Assembly (NCBI GenBank): GCA_964474085.1
Contig: CAYYRJ010000004.1
Coordinates: 11,656 to 75,655, forward strand
From: an uncultured Planctomycetales bacterium
Lineage (GTDB): Bacteria > Omnitrophota > Gorgyraeia > Zapsychrales > JANLHA01
Length of the DNA stretch: 64,000 nucleotides
Direction: 5' to 3'
The notes under the pieces were generated by a model. That model searched no databases and was not told where the DNA came from. It saw only the letters and a list, made by a program, of their open reading frames with translations. Position numbers and translations under genes: made by a program. Shown here piece by piece: positions 17,799-27,643 of the stretch. The first letter of the stretch is position 1; each line of letters begins with the position of its first letter.

Positions 17799-18812
17799 GT
17801 GACTGCTCTGCAACGATCCACAAAAAAATATATTTTGGTTACCGGCGCCGCAGGGTATATTGGTTCGCATATGGCAGGGATGCTTCTGCAAGCCGGATAT
17901 CCGGTAATTGTTTTTGATAATCTGTCAAGCGGGGTAAAGTCGTGGGTTCCGCACGAAGCGATTTTTATCAAAGGGGATTTATGCAACACACCTGACCTTG
18001 ATCATTTATTTAAAAAGTACTCTATTGAAACAGTCATTCACTTTGCCGCTAAAATTAATATTCCTGAGTCTCTGCTTAAACCCCAAATATATTACCGAAA
18101 CAATGTCAGCGCGACAGCAAATCTTTTGTCGGTCATGGCCGAAAATAAAGTACGGCGTATTGTTTTTTCATCGACGGCAGCAGTTTACGGGACTCCTGAA
18201 AAAAATCCTGTCACTGAAAAATTTCTCACAGAAGCACTTAACCCCTATGGCACATCCAAGCTAATGTGTGAAAAAATTTTGCAGGATATGGCCAAGACAA
18301 AATCCATCGATTTTATTGTCTTTAGATATTTTAATGTCGCCGGGTGGAACACACGCCGATCATGGCCGACCGAAGATCGTCCACAAACAACTCATTTGAT
18401 TTCTAATGTGATGCGAGCTCTTAAGGAAAATCGGCCCATGACGATTTATGGCACGGACTATAAAACACACGACGGAACCGGTGTGCGGGACTTTATTCAT
18501 GTCGTTGATCTTTGCAAAGCACACTTGCTGGCCATTAAAGCCCTTAAAAAAGGAATTATAAATGAAGTCTTTAATCTCGGCAGCGGGCATGGCTTTTCTG
18601 TCCTCGATATTATCAATATGGCCGCTTTAGTCGTTGGCAAACCAGTCCCTCACAAGGCAGGGCCACGCCGAAGAGCTGACGTAGCGAGTGTTGTGGCCTC
18701 TTTCACAAAGGCAAAAAAAATATTAGGATGGGAACCGCAATTTAATTTGGAAACGATCATTAAAAGTGAATGGGAAAAATTAAACCCGACGCAGCAAGAT
18801 AAAAAAATTTAA
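17799..18812 (+). CDS. galE: UDP-glucose 4-epimerase
   Basis: ILVTGAAGYIGSH Rossmann motif, YxxxK (YGTSK) and GalE-family length. GTG start. Confidence 0.85.
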   Translation: MTALQRSTKKYILVTGAAGYIGSHMAGMLLQAGYPVIVFDNLSSGVKSWVPHEAIFIKGDLCNTPDLDHLFKKYSIETVIHFAAKINIPESLLKPQIYYRNNVSATANLLSVMAENKVRRIVFSSTAAVYGTPEKNPVTEKFLTEALNPYGTSKLMCEKILQDMAKTKSIDFIVFRYFNVAGWNTRRSWPTEDRPQTTHLISNVMRALKENRPMTIYGTDYKTHDGTGVRDFIHVVDLCKAHLLAIKALKKGIINEVFNLGSGHGFSVLDIINMAALVVGKPVPHKAGPRRRADVASVVASFTKAKKILGWEPQFNLETIIKSEWEKLNPTQQDKKI

Positions 18813-18939
18813 AAAATTCTTAAAAGAACCTGTCACAAATCTTTTACGTGATGTATATTGATGCATCTTTTTCTGTGCTGTTTATCGTTTGGGCTTGACC
18901 AACTTAACCAATCCGTACCCGTTTAATGTGAAGGCAAAT

Positions 18940-20034
18940 ATGGAAAATCAGAGATATATTGATGAGCTTGATTTAAAAAGTTGTATCAAGATTATTGTTA
19001 AGAAAAAAACGCTTATTTTAACAACATCCCTTTTATCCGTCCTTATTTTAGCGACACCCGCTTTATTCGAACCTAAAATTTATTCGGCAACAGCTTCAAT
19101 CACAATAACTCCTCATAACATCACACACAAAATCCGGCTCAAATCAAATTTAATTTTAACCAGAATCATCCAAAATCTTAATTTAAAGAATTCTTCCGGA
19201 AAAGAACTAAGCGCAGATGAATTATCTGAAAAATTAACGACACGAAACGCCGGAGAAGATAATTTAACATATCTAGACGCAACTGCTGACAATCCAGAAA
19301 AAGCAAAAGAAATAGCCGATACCTGGGTACAAGAATATTTAAAACACATCCAAGAATTAAATGCTCAACAAGTTGCTATAACAGAAGGGTCCATCGCTAA
19401 ACAACTTGAATTAGCTCAAGCAAAGCTAAACCAAGCCCATGAAGATGTTCTCAACTTTAAAAAAACACATCGCGTTGATCTTTTGCGTACTGAATTACTT
19501 GCGAGAGAAACTGCTTTGGATGGAATAAAAAAACAACTTGCTCAAATGCAATTTGATGTGACTCTTAAGGAAATTATGCTTGCCGAGCTTAAAAATCAAA
19601 TGGCTTCAAAAGATAAACGAAACGCTACTTATCCTGACTTAGAAAAGCTCATCGTCGAAAATACGATAGAAATTAACACTTTCCCCTCCAAAGCTGAGTA
19701 TTTAAAAAAAACGATTGAAACGATGACAAAAGAAAACACACAATTAAATAATGAACTTATCGATAAGGAATTAGAGATCACAAAATTAACGCATGACGTT
19801 GATGTCCGGCAGAATGAATATCACACAGTTTCCGATAAAATGAATACAACGCGTAATGATCTGGCGCTTGTTCTAGGGGAGATAAAAATAATATCGACGG
19901 CTATCTCTCCAACGCAGCCTGTCAATCACGGAAAAATAAACAAGACAATCGCCCTGACAAGCGTTTTAGGCTTAATGCTTGGCATATTTATCGCTTTCTG
20001 CATCGAATTTTGGCAAAAAGGAAAAAAGGAATAG
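18940..20034 (+). CDS. wzz: Polysaccharide chain-length determinant (Wzz/PCP-like)
   Basis: N-terminal TM, long coiled-coil periplasmic region, C-terminal TM (ALTSVLGLMLGIFIAFCIEF). No kinase domain. Confidence 0.65.
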   Translation: MENQRYIDELDLKSCIKIIVKKKTLILTTSLLSVLILATPALFEPKIYSATASITITPHNITHKIRLKSNLILTRIIQNLNLKNSSGKELSADELSEKLTTRNAGEDNLTYLDATADNPEKAKEIADTWVQEYLKHIQELNAQQVAITEGSIAKQLELAQAKLNQAHEDVLNFKKTHRVDLLRTELLARETALDGIKKQLAQMQFDVTLKEIMLAELKNQMASKDKRNATYPDLEKLIVENTIEINTFPSKAEYLKKTIETMTKENTQLNNELIDKELEITKLTHDVDVRQNEYHTVSDKMNTTRNDLALVLGEIKIISTAISPTQPVNHGKINKTIALTSVLGLMLGIFIAFCIEFWQKGKKE

Positions 20035-20039
20035 ATGTA

Positions 20040-20882
20040 ATGGAAACTGTCATCCATGACGCCAAATACGATCTGATCATCGAAGCAGGACGTAGCGAAC
20101 ACCATTATTGGCAAGACATCTGGCGCTACAGGGAATTATTCTATTTTCTTGCGTGGCGGGATGTCGTCGTCAAATTTAAACAGACCGTCATCGGTGTGCT
20201 GTGGGCTTTAATACGACCACTGTTAACGATGGTCATTTTTGTTTTTATTTTTGGCAAATTGGCCAAATTTCCATCAGGAAATATCCCATACCCGCTTTTG
20301 GTCTTTGCTGCAATGCTTCCATGGCAATTTTTTGCCAGTTCTTTAAGCGAAAGCAGCAATAGCTTGATTTCCAATTCCAGTTTAATTTCAAAAGTTTATT
20401 TTCCCCGAATCATCATTCCAGCCTCATCGGTAATTGTCAGCTTGATTGATTTTTTAATATCCTTTTCAATCCTTTTGGTCTTGATGATCTGGTATAAGTT
20501 TATCCCCGGCTGGCAAATCTTAACATTGCCTTTATTTATCACTATGGCTTTCGCCGCTTCTTTTGGCGCCGGTCTGTGGCTGACTTCCTTAAACGTTAAA
20601 TTCCGCGATTTTCGCTACATTGTGCCATTTATGGTCCAGTTTGGGTTGTATATCTCTCCGGTAGGCTTCTCCAGCAGCATCATCCCCGAACAATGGCGAT
20701 TGCTTTATTCCCTTAATCCCATGGTCGGTGTCATTGATGGTTTTCGCTGGGCAATTTTAGGTCAGAAGGATCAAATATATTTACCGGGTTTTATTCTATC
20801 TTTGGTGTTGATACTTTTAGTTTTGGTTAACGGAATTTTATATTTTCGTAAAACCGAAAAAAAATTTGCGGATATCATCTAA
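20040..20882 (+). CDS. wzm: ABC-2 type polysaccharide/O-antigen export permease Wzm
   Basis: ABC-2 permease with six TM helices; N-terminal motif ELFYFLAWRDVVVKFKQTVIGVLWALIRPLLTM is typical of Wzm/TagG. Confidence 0.85.
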   Translation: METVIHDAKYDLIIEAGRSEHHYWQDIWRYRELFYFLAWRDVVVKFKQTVIGVLWALIRPLLTMVIFVFIFGKLAKFPSGNIPYPLLVFAAMLPWQFFASSLSESSNSLISNSSLISKVYFPRIIIPASSVIVSLIDFLISFSILLVLMIWYKFIPGWQILTLPLFITMAFAASFGAGLWLTSLNVKFRDFRYIVPFMVQFGLYISPVGFSSSIIPEQWRLLYSLNPMVGVIDGFRWAILGQKDQIYLPGFILSLVLILLVLVNGILYFRKTEKKFADII

Positions 20883-22166
20883 ATGTCCACCGTTATCAGA
20901 GTTGAAAATTTAGCCAAAAGTTACATGATCAGCCACGAGAGACGTGATCCATACGCGACTCTGCGCGATGTCATTGCGACTAAAGTGAAAAATTTATTTT
21001 CTGGTCGGGGCTCTGATTTAACACAAGAAGAATTCTGGGCCCTCAAGGATATCAATTTTGAAATTAAACAAAATGACCGTATCGGCATTATCGGCAGAAA
21101 CGGCGCCGGCAAGTCAACTTTGCTTAAAATCTTAAGCCGCATCACTGAGCCGACTCGTGGGCGGGTTTCCATTAAAGGACGCGTCGCCAGTCTTCTGGAG
21201 GTGGGAACAGGTTTTCATCCTGAATTGACTGGCCGGGAAAATATATTCTTAAACGGCGCTATTCTAGGGATGCGCAAGACCGAAATTGACCGAAAGTTTG
21301 ACGAGATCGTAAGTTTTGCCGAGATCGAAAAATTTGTCGATACACCCGTCAAGCGCTATTCAAGCGGAATGTATGTTCGCCTTGCCTTTGCGGTTGCCGC
21401 GCAGCTGGAGCCCGAAATTTTGATCGTTGACGAAGTCTTGGCCGTTGGGGACATCGTTTTTCAAAATAAATGTTTGGGCAAAATGGAAAATATTTCCAAA
21501 GAAGGCCGAACGGTCATTTTTGTAAGTCACAATATTGAGGCGATTCAAAAGCTATGCAACCGCGGAATTATTTTACATGAAGGGAAAGTTGCAATGCAGG
21601 GTGATGTTGACCAAGTCGTTAATAAATATCTTGGCGAAGGGTTAGGCTTAATCGGAGAGCAAGTCTGGCAGGACATTCAAAAAGCACCGGGAGATCAAGT
21701 TGTAAAGATGGTAGCCGTAAGGGTTTTAGATAAAAATGATAATGTCTGCACAAAATTTGATGTGCGTGATCCTGTAACTATCGAATTAGAGTACCACATT
21801 TTAGAAGCAGGGCATCGGTTGTGCACACAAATTTATTTTGTCAATGAGCTGGGCCACGTCCTTTTTATATCAAAAGATAATTTAGATTCTCCATGGAAAA
21901 ATACAGGCTGCAGCGTTGGACATTTTAAAAGCCACTGCCATGTGCCCGGCGATTTTCTTAATGAAGGCGAGGTTTCGATTGTTTATGGCATTGATACCGT
22001 CGGATCTTCTCTCGTAAATCATGCAACGGATCGGGATGTTGTCCGATTTAGAGTAACTGACCATATGGATCCGCGCGGTGTTCGTGGCAATTATCCGTTG
22101 ACATGGCGTCATGATGGCGTGCGGCCAAGGCTGCAATGGACTGTCGAAAAATCGATTCAATTTTAA
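20883..22166 (+). CDS. wzt: ABC transporter ATP-binding protein Wzt with C-terminal carbohydrate-binding extension
   Basis: Walker A GRNGAGKST, signature SSGMYVRL, Walker B ILIVDE. A C-terminal extension of about 170 aa after the NBD resembles the Wzt O-antigen-binding domain. Confidence 0.85.
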   Translation: MSTVIRVENLAKSYMISHERRDPYATLRDVIATKVKNLFSGRGSDLTQEEFWALKDINFEIKQNDRIGIIGRNGAGKSTLLKILSRITEPTRGRVSIKGRVASLLEVGTGFHPELTGRENIFLNGAILGMRKTEIDRKFDEIVSFAEIEKFVDTPVKRYSSGMYVRLAFAVAAQLEPEILIVDEVLAVGDIVFQNKCLGKMENISKEGRTVIFVSHNIEAIQKLCNRGIILHEGKVAMQGDVDQVVNKYLGEGLGLIGEQVWQDIQKAPGDQVVKMVAVRVLDKNDNVCTKFDVRDPVTIELEYHILEAGHRLCTQIYFVNELGHVLFISKDNLDSPWKNTGCSVGHFKSHCHVPGDFLNEGEVSIVYGIDTVGSSLVNHATDRDVVRFRVTDHMDPRGVRGNYPLTWRHDGVRPRLQWTVEKSIQF

Positions 22167-22180
22167 AGGAAACAATTACC

Positions 22181-23041
22181 ATGACGAACAATAAAACTTG
22201 TTATTTATGCTTTGGTGAATTGTTCACGAGAAGAAAGGGGATCGTCCGGGATAACCCAAACCTCAAAGTTTTAGAGTGTCAAAAATGCGGGCTGACGTCT
22301 TTGTCTTCTTTTTCCCATATTGATGATAAATTTTATCGTGACTCAAAGATGCACAATTCCGGCAAAGAAATCGAAGTGTGGTTAAAAGAAACTTCTGCTG
22401 ATGACGAAAGACGGTTTAAAACGTTCAAAAATTTTATTAAAAATAAATCCGTTCTTGACTTCGGTTGCGGTGCCGGAGGTTTTTTGAAACATGCAAAAAC
22501 TACCGCTTCTCGCATTCAAGGGGTTGAGTTAGAAAGTCGACTAAAGGCTCATTTTAAAAAAGAAAGAATCCCTCTAGCCACAAAACTTGAAACTCTCAAA
22601 CAAACTTTTGATGTGATCACACTTTTTCATGTCCTAGAGCATGTCCCTGACCCAATTTCATTATTAACAAATCTCAGCAAAAAATTAACCAAAACAGGAA
22701 GCATCATCGTCGAGGTCCCAAACGCTAATGATGCGCTGCTTTCTTTATACAACTCTAAAGAATTTTCAAGATTTACTTACTGGAGTTGTCACTTGTTTTA
22801 CTTTTCTTCTTTAACATTAGAAAAAATAGCAAAAAAATCAGGCTTAAAAGTAAATTACATAAAACAAGTCCAGCGATATCCTTTATCGAATCATTTGCAT
22901 TGGCTTTCAAAAGGAAAGCCGGGTGGGCATAAAATTTGGAATTTTTTCAATGACAGCAAACTAAATGAAATTTATGAATCGAAACTGAGAAATATTGATG
23001 GCTGTGATACACTTTTAGCGAGTTTTTCAAAAACAGGCTGA
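22181..23041 (+). CDS. Class I SAM-dependent methyltransferase with N-terminal Cys4 zinc-ribbon
   Basis: CYLCFG...CQKCGL zinc ribbon; SAM motif I VLDFGCGAGGF. Confidence 0.7.
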   Translation: MTNNKTCYLCFGELFTRRKGIVRDNPNLKVLECQKCGLTSLSSFSHIDDKFYRDSKMHNSGKEIEVWLKETSADDERRFKTFKNFIKNKSVLDFGCGAGGFLKHAKTTASRIQGVELESRLKAHFKKERIPLATKLETLKQTFDVITLFHVLEHVPDPISLLTNLSKKLTKTGSIIVEVPNANDALLSLYNSKEFSRFTYWSCHLFYFSSLTLEKIAKKSGLKVNYIKQVQRYPLSNHLHWLSKGKPGGHKIWNFFNDSKLNEIYESKLRNIDGCDTLLASFSKTG

Positions 23042-23079
23042 CCAGTTTGTATATTTACAAATAAATCCGGGTTCTTAAC

Positions 23080-23577
23080 ATGAAAAAGATCAATGCCAGC
23101 GATATCAAAGTTGTTGTGTTAGATTTTGATGGAGTTTTAACAGACAATAAAGTTTATGTCGATCAATTGGGACGAGAGATGGTTTGTTGTTCGCGGGCTG
23201 ATGGTTTGGCCTGTGAGATTTTAAAGAAATCTAATATTAAAGTCTTTATTTTATCTACGGAGAGAAATCCTGTTGTTGCTCGTCGTGCTGAAAAAATAAA
23301 TGTCGATTTACTTTTCGGGCTAACAGACAAATTGGGAGCATTAAACAAACTTGCTAAACAGCATCGATTTTCTTTGCAACACGTTTTGTACGTTGGTAAT
23401 GACGTCAACGATTTTACTGTTATGAAAGCTTGTGGCTTTCGAGCATCTCCTGCAGACGCTACGAAACAAATTAAAAAAATATCAAATATTCACTTAAAAA
23501 CAAAAGGGGGAGATGGAGTTGTTCGTGAAATTGTAAACGAAATTTTTAAGATTGATGTAACAAAAGACAACATTTAA
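23080..23577 (+). CDS. HAD-IIIA phosphatase of the KdsC/Kdn-9-phosphate phosphatase family
   Basis: DFDGVLTD motif I, about 165 aa, VGNDVND motif IV. This matches the KdsC / BT1713-like sugar-acid-phosphate phosphatases. Confidence 0.8.
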   Translation: MKKINASDIKVVVLDFDGVLTDNKVYVDQLGREMVCCSRADGLACEILKKSNIKVFILSTERNPVVARRAEKINVDLLFGLTDKLGALNKLAKQHRFSLQHVLYVGNDVNDFTVMKACGFRASPADATKQIKKISNIHLKTKGGDGVVREIVNEIFKIDVTKDNI

Positions 23578-23602
23578 AAGTACTCTAATCGAAAGGTGAG
23601 TC

Positions 23603-24451
23603 ATGCTGGAATTCAATAAAATCAAGGCCCCGTACCTTATTGGTGAAGTTGGTATCAATCACAATGGCGACATTCAGATTGCAAAGCGCCTTATCGATGC
23701 TGTTTTTGCCTGTGACTGGAGCTGTGTTAAGTTCCAGAAAAGAGATCCTGATATTTGCGTCCCTGATGACCAAAAAAATATTATGCGCGATACCCCTTGG
23801 GGTCGAATAACCTATCTCGAATATCGCAAAAAGGTCGAATTTGAAAAAAAAGAATTTGATTATATCGATAATTATTGCCGGCAAAAGCCTCTTTCTTGGG
23901 CCGCTTCGGTTTGGGATCTTAATAGTCTTAATTTCATTAAGAATTATGAGGTGGCGTTTATAAAAATCCCTTCTGCAAAATTGACAGACTTTGAACTTTT
24001 AGAGGCAGCAGGAAAAACTAAATTTCCCCTGATCCTGTCCACAGGAATGTCAACCATCGAAGAAGTCGATCAAGCTGTCGATATCATAAGAAAATCGTCT
24101 AATAATTTTATTCTTCTGCATACCAACTCAAGTTATCCTGCCAAAGATAGCGAATGCAATTTAAATTGTATTAAAACATTACGAGATCGTTATAAATGTC
24201 CCGTCGGATATAGCGGGCATGAACAAGGGCTTGAACCGACTGTTATGGCCGCTGTTTTAGGTGCTAATGTTATCGAAAGACACATAACAACCGACCATGC
24301 GTTATGGGGAACAGATCAAGCCGCCAGCGTTGCCCCGATGGGTATGGATATGCTGTATAAACGCGTTCGCAGTGTCAATGAGATTTTAGGAGATGGCGTA
24401 AAACGCATTTTTGATAGCGAAATTTCAGTCCGTAAAAAATTACGCGGGTAA
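23603..24451 (+). CDS. NeuB-family sialic-acid / nonulosonate(-9-phosphate) synthase-like enzyme, lacking C-terminal SAF domain
   Basis: N-terminus IGEVGINHNGDIQIAKRLIDA..KFQK is the NeuB/PseI/Kdn-9-P synthase TIM-barrel signature. At 282 aa it is too short to contain the antifreeze-like SAF domain. Confidence 0.75.
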   Translation: MLEFNKIKAPYLIGEVGINHNGDIQIAKRLIDAVFACDWSCVKFQKRDPDICVPDDQKNIMRDTPWGRITYLEYRKKVEFEKKEFDYIDNYCRQKPLSWAASVWDLNSLNFIKNYEVAFIKIPSAKLTDFELLEAAGKTKFPLILSTGMSTIEEVDQAVDIIRKSSNNFILLHTNSSYPAKDSECNLNCIKTLRDRYKCPVGYSGHEQGLEPTVMAAVLGANVIERHITTDHALWGTDQAASVAPMGMDMLYKRVRSVNEILGDGVKRIFDSEISVRKKLRG

Positions 24452-24473
24452 TATTTAATAGCTAAACAGATCT

Positions 24474-25163
24474 ATGTTAAATAAAAAAGAAGTTATTGCA
24501 ATTATCCCTGCAAGGGGAGGATCCAAAGGGATTGCGCGAAAAAATTTGTGTCTGTTAGACAGAAAGCCTTTGATCGCGCATACAATTCTTGATGCAAAGG
24601 AATCAAAAATTGTTGACCGGGTATATGTTTCTACCGAGGATCCAGAAATTGCATCCGTTTCTTCTTACTATGGCGCGGAAGTTATCGTAAGACCCCGAAA
24701 GCTAGCTGGTGACCGCACAACATCAGAAGCAGTTTTATTGCATGCGCTTGAAAAAATCAAAAAATCCGGGATTTCCCCTAATCTTATCGTTTTTTTACAA
24801 TGTACCTCTCCGATTAGGACTGCCGAGGATATCGACAAAGCTATTCTCACCCTGAATCGTAAAGCCGTGGACTCTCTTTTATCGGTATCCCCATCACATC
24901 GCTTTATTTGGGAAAAAGGCAAAAACCGTGTCCGGTCGCTTAATTATGATTATCGCGACCGATCTCGTCGGCAAGATATGCCGCCGCAATATTTAGAAAA
25001 TGGTTCTATTTACATTTTTAAGCCTTGGATATTAGAAAAATTTAATAATCGACTAGGTGGCAAAATAACGCTTTTTGAAATGAGCCACTGGAGCTCATTT
25101 GAAATTGATACGATTGAAGACTTCAAAATATGTGATTGGATAATGAAACAAAAGTTAATTTAG
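24474..25163 (+). CDS. Acylneuraminate (nonulosonate) cytidylyltransferase, CMP-NeuAc/CMP-Kdn synthetase-like
   Basis: IAIIPARGGSKGIARKNL N-terminal motif of the NeuA/KdsB family; about 229 aa. Confidence 0.8.
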   Translation: MLNKKEVIAIIPARGGSKGIARKNLCLLDRKPLIAHTILDAKESKIVDRVYVSTEDPEIASVSSYYGAEVIVRPRKLAGDRTTSEAVLLHALEKIKKSGISPNLIVFLQCTSPIRTAEDIDKAILTLNRKAVDSLLSVSPSHRFIWEKGKNRVRSLNYDYRDRSRRQDMPPQYLENGSIYIFKPWILEKFNNRLGGKITLFEMSHWSSFEIDTIEDFKICDWIMKQKLI

Positions 25164-25173
25164 AAAACAGCGT

Positions 25174-26124
25174 ATGGACTTTTCATCAAGTGTTTATTTA
25201 CCAAATTCCGAAGAAAGAATCGACGCGTTACGTAAAATCATTGCCGGAAGACCCGTCGCAATTCTTGCCGCCGGCCCGTCTATTGAAAATCTTGAACGGC
25301 GAATTCATGAACTGCGCCACAAGGATATCTGCTATTTTGGACTAAATCAATTTTTTGTTCAAGAAACACACATTTTACAAAAGATTGAAAAGAAATTGTC
25401 TGTCGTTATGTGCAGCAGCCGTGACGGTATGCCGATGTTAATTAAATCGATCACTGATTTCCTAAAAAGAGATGCGCATAACATGCTAATCTCATCTTTT
25501 TGGAGCAACACATTTGAACTCTTAGACAAGAATTTTAACCTTGAGAATTTTCTTAAAGAATATGACAAAAAGCTTCTTTTTTTTAGTTTAAACTCTGAGA
25601 AAAATTGTCCCAATGTCGACAACCCCTTACACTTTATACAGAGCAATTCTTTACTAATATTAATCCAATTAGCATTGATCGGAAAAGCAGAGAGCATTAT
25701 TCTTTTTGGCGCAGATGGACATGTTAAGCAAGGAACCGAAAAATATTACTATCGTCAGAACGAATATTCTAAACAAGGATGGGCTGGCATCAATGATGCG
25801 CTTATTAACGATACCCAGCATTATTTTAATGCCATCGCCGCTGCCGCGATAAAGAATACTTGTCAAACTTATAATCTTGCACTAGTCAATATTTTGAATT
25901 GCTCTTTACAAAGTTTTTATACTCCGTTTCAAAAAATATCCTATGATGACGCAATTGAATACCTGTCAAACGGGAAAAGATTATTTAAAAGCCTGGATTT
26001 GCGAATTCCAGTGCAACCCAAAAAACAAAATCATTATTCATTGACTGTTCAAAGGGCTTTAAGTTTTTGTAAAAAGCACGGAAAGAAATTCTTTAAGGAG
26101 TGTTATGCAACAAAATCGACCTAA
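25174..26124 (+). CDS. GT42-like (CstII-family) sialyl/nonulosonate transferase candidate
   Basis: N-terminal VAILAAGPSI...DICYFGLNQFFVQ matches the CstII motifs IIAGNGPSL and DVFRCNQFYFE. It lies directly after the CMP-sugar synthetase. Confidence 0.55.
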   Translation: MDFSSSVYLPNSEERIDALRKIIAGRPVAILAAGPSIENLERRIHELRHKDICYFGLNQFFVQETHILQKIEKKLSVVMCSSRDGMPMLIKSITDFLKRDAHNMLISSFWSNTFELLDKNFNLENFLKEYDKKLLFFSLNSEKNCPNVDNPLHFIQSNSLLILIQLALIGKAESIILFGADGHVKQGTEKYYYRQNEYSKQGWAGINDALINDTQHYFNAIAAAAIKNTCQTYNLALVNILNCSLQSFYTPFQKISYDDAIEYLSNGKRLFKSLDLRIPVQPKKQNHYSLTVQRALSFCKKHGKKFFKECYATKST

Positions 26125-27076
26125 AATATCGATAATCAGCCCGTCAAAAAATACCGGAAGATTTGCAAAAGAGACTATTGAATCGATTTTAGCCCAAACT
26201 TTTAAAAATTGGGAACATATTGTCGTCGATGGAGTCTCCACCGACGAAACGTTAGATATCCTCAAACAGTATCCTCACATACGTTGGATTTCAGAAAAGG
26301 ACAGTGGCCCAGACGAAGCTTTTAAAAAAGGTCTGGCCATGGCTCAGGGTGAATATATTATGATGTGCTGTATTTCTGATGGCTATCTTGACAAAAATTG
26401 GTTTAAAAAATGCGTCGAAACGTTAGATTCACGGCGAGAAATCTCTTTAGTTTGGGGCATCGATCAAAATATGCTAGAGGATGGGACTCTCGATACCATT
26501 GTTTATAACTCCTGGCTTGAAAACCCACCACCAAGCGGCAAAGACTACCTCTATTATTGGCTAAAGAATGGGACGCTTTTTCATGAGCGTGATCTGTGCG
26601 TAAGAAAAAAAGTCATGGATATATGTTTTCCTCCACTAGATCTACAAAGCATTGGACAGGAATGCGGCCACTTAAAATTTGGTTTTAATTTTAATCGGTT
26701 GGGTTTCTTGCCCCAGTTTATTAGTGCAGTTGCTGCTTATGGGAGATTGCATTCAAATAATGCAGGCCAAAAACAGGCGATTACTGGCGAAGCAGAAAAG
26801 CGCCTCAAGGAATATTTTCATGACATTGAGGAATACAAAAAGAAACTCATAAAAGGCGACCTGACGCATTGCTATCGCGACGGGGATGACAAATTATTGC
26901 CGGGGACATTTGATTTAAGAAAATACCTTCAACTGGACAAAAGAAACAAATTCAAAGAAATCGTCGAATTGTTTATACCACCTATTTTTTTTCGTTTAAC
27001 AAACAAGATATCAGCAAAGTATCGGTCTTATCAAAATTTAAAAAAACTTAAAATGTCGGTTTCTGCTGATCTCTAA
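26105..27076 (+). CDS. Family 2 glycosyltransferase
   Basis: ISIISPSKNTGRFAKETIESILAQTF...VVDGVSTDET GT-A N-terminal signature. Confidence 0.8.
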   Translation: MQQNRPKISIISPSKNTGRFAKETIESILAQTFKNWEHIVVDGVSTDETLDILKQYPHIRWISEKDSGPDEAFKKGLAMAQGEYIMMCCISDGYLDKNWFKKCVETLDSRREISLVWGIDQNMLEDGTLDTIVYNSWLENPPPSGKDYLYYWLKNGTLFHERDLCVRKKVMDICFPPLDLQSIGQECGHLKFGFNFNRLGFLPQFISAVAAYGRLHSNNAGQKQAITGEAEKRLKEYFHDIEEYKKKLIKGDLTHCYRDGDDKLLPGTFDLRKYLQLDKRNKFKEIVELFIPPIFFRLTNKISAKYRSYQNLKKLKMSVSADL

Positions 27077-27095
27077 CTCGCAATAAAATTCAAAC

Positions 27096-27635
27096 ATGCT
27101 TAAATCTTTATTTAAAAAAATTTATAATAGGCTTAATTTATTTTTATATCGTCGCTACATTCCCGGGACTTTAAGTTACAAGTCAGAAAATATTATCCTC
27201 GGAAAGAATGTGGGTTTTGGCGGCAATGTCACACTTCATGGAAGCGCTCAAATTACTATCGGCGACAATACAATGATTGCCTATGGCGTCATCGTTAACA
27301 CTTCTACCCATGATTATAATTTTCACCCAATCTTTTCTAAACGTATAGACTTGCCAATAAAAATAGGCCGGGACGTTTGGATAGGGATTGGAGCTATTAT
27401 TTTACCCGGTGTCATCATTGAAGATTATGCTGTTATAGGCGCAGGCAGTGTGGTGACAGCAAATGTTCCTAAAGGCGCTATTGCAGCTGGGAATCCTTGC
27501 AGAATTTTGTATTTTAGAAACCCAAATGTTTACAATGTTGAAAATTTATTAATTACAGACCCAAGTCAAGGTGAAATAATTTACGGCACCTACAAAAACA
27601 AATATTGTAAAACTATCAAAAAATCAGGAGAGTAA
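27096..27635 (+). CDS. Hexapeptide-repeat (LbH) O-acetyltransferase
   Basis: Left-handed beta-helix repeats VWIGIGAIILPGVIIEDYAVIGAGSVV; maltose/galactoside acetyltransferase-like. Confidence 0.75.
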   Translation: MLKSLFKKIYNRLNLFLYRRYIPGTLSYKSENIILGKNVGFGGNVTLHGSAQITIGDNTMIAYGVIVNTSTHDYNFHPIFSKRIDLPIKIGRDVWIGIGAIILPGVIIEDYAVIGAGSVVTANVPKGAIAAGNPCRILYFRNPNVYNVENLLITDPSQGEIIYGTYKNKYCKTIKKSGE

Positions 27636-27643
27636 TCATTACC

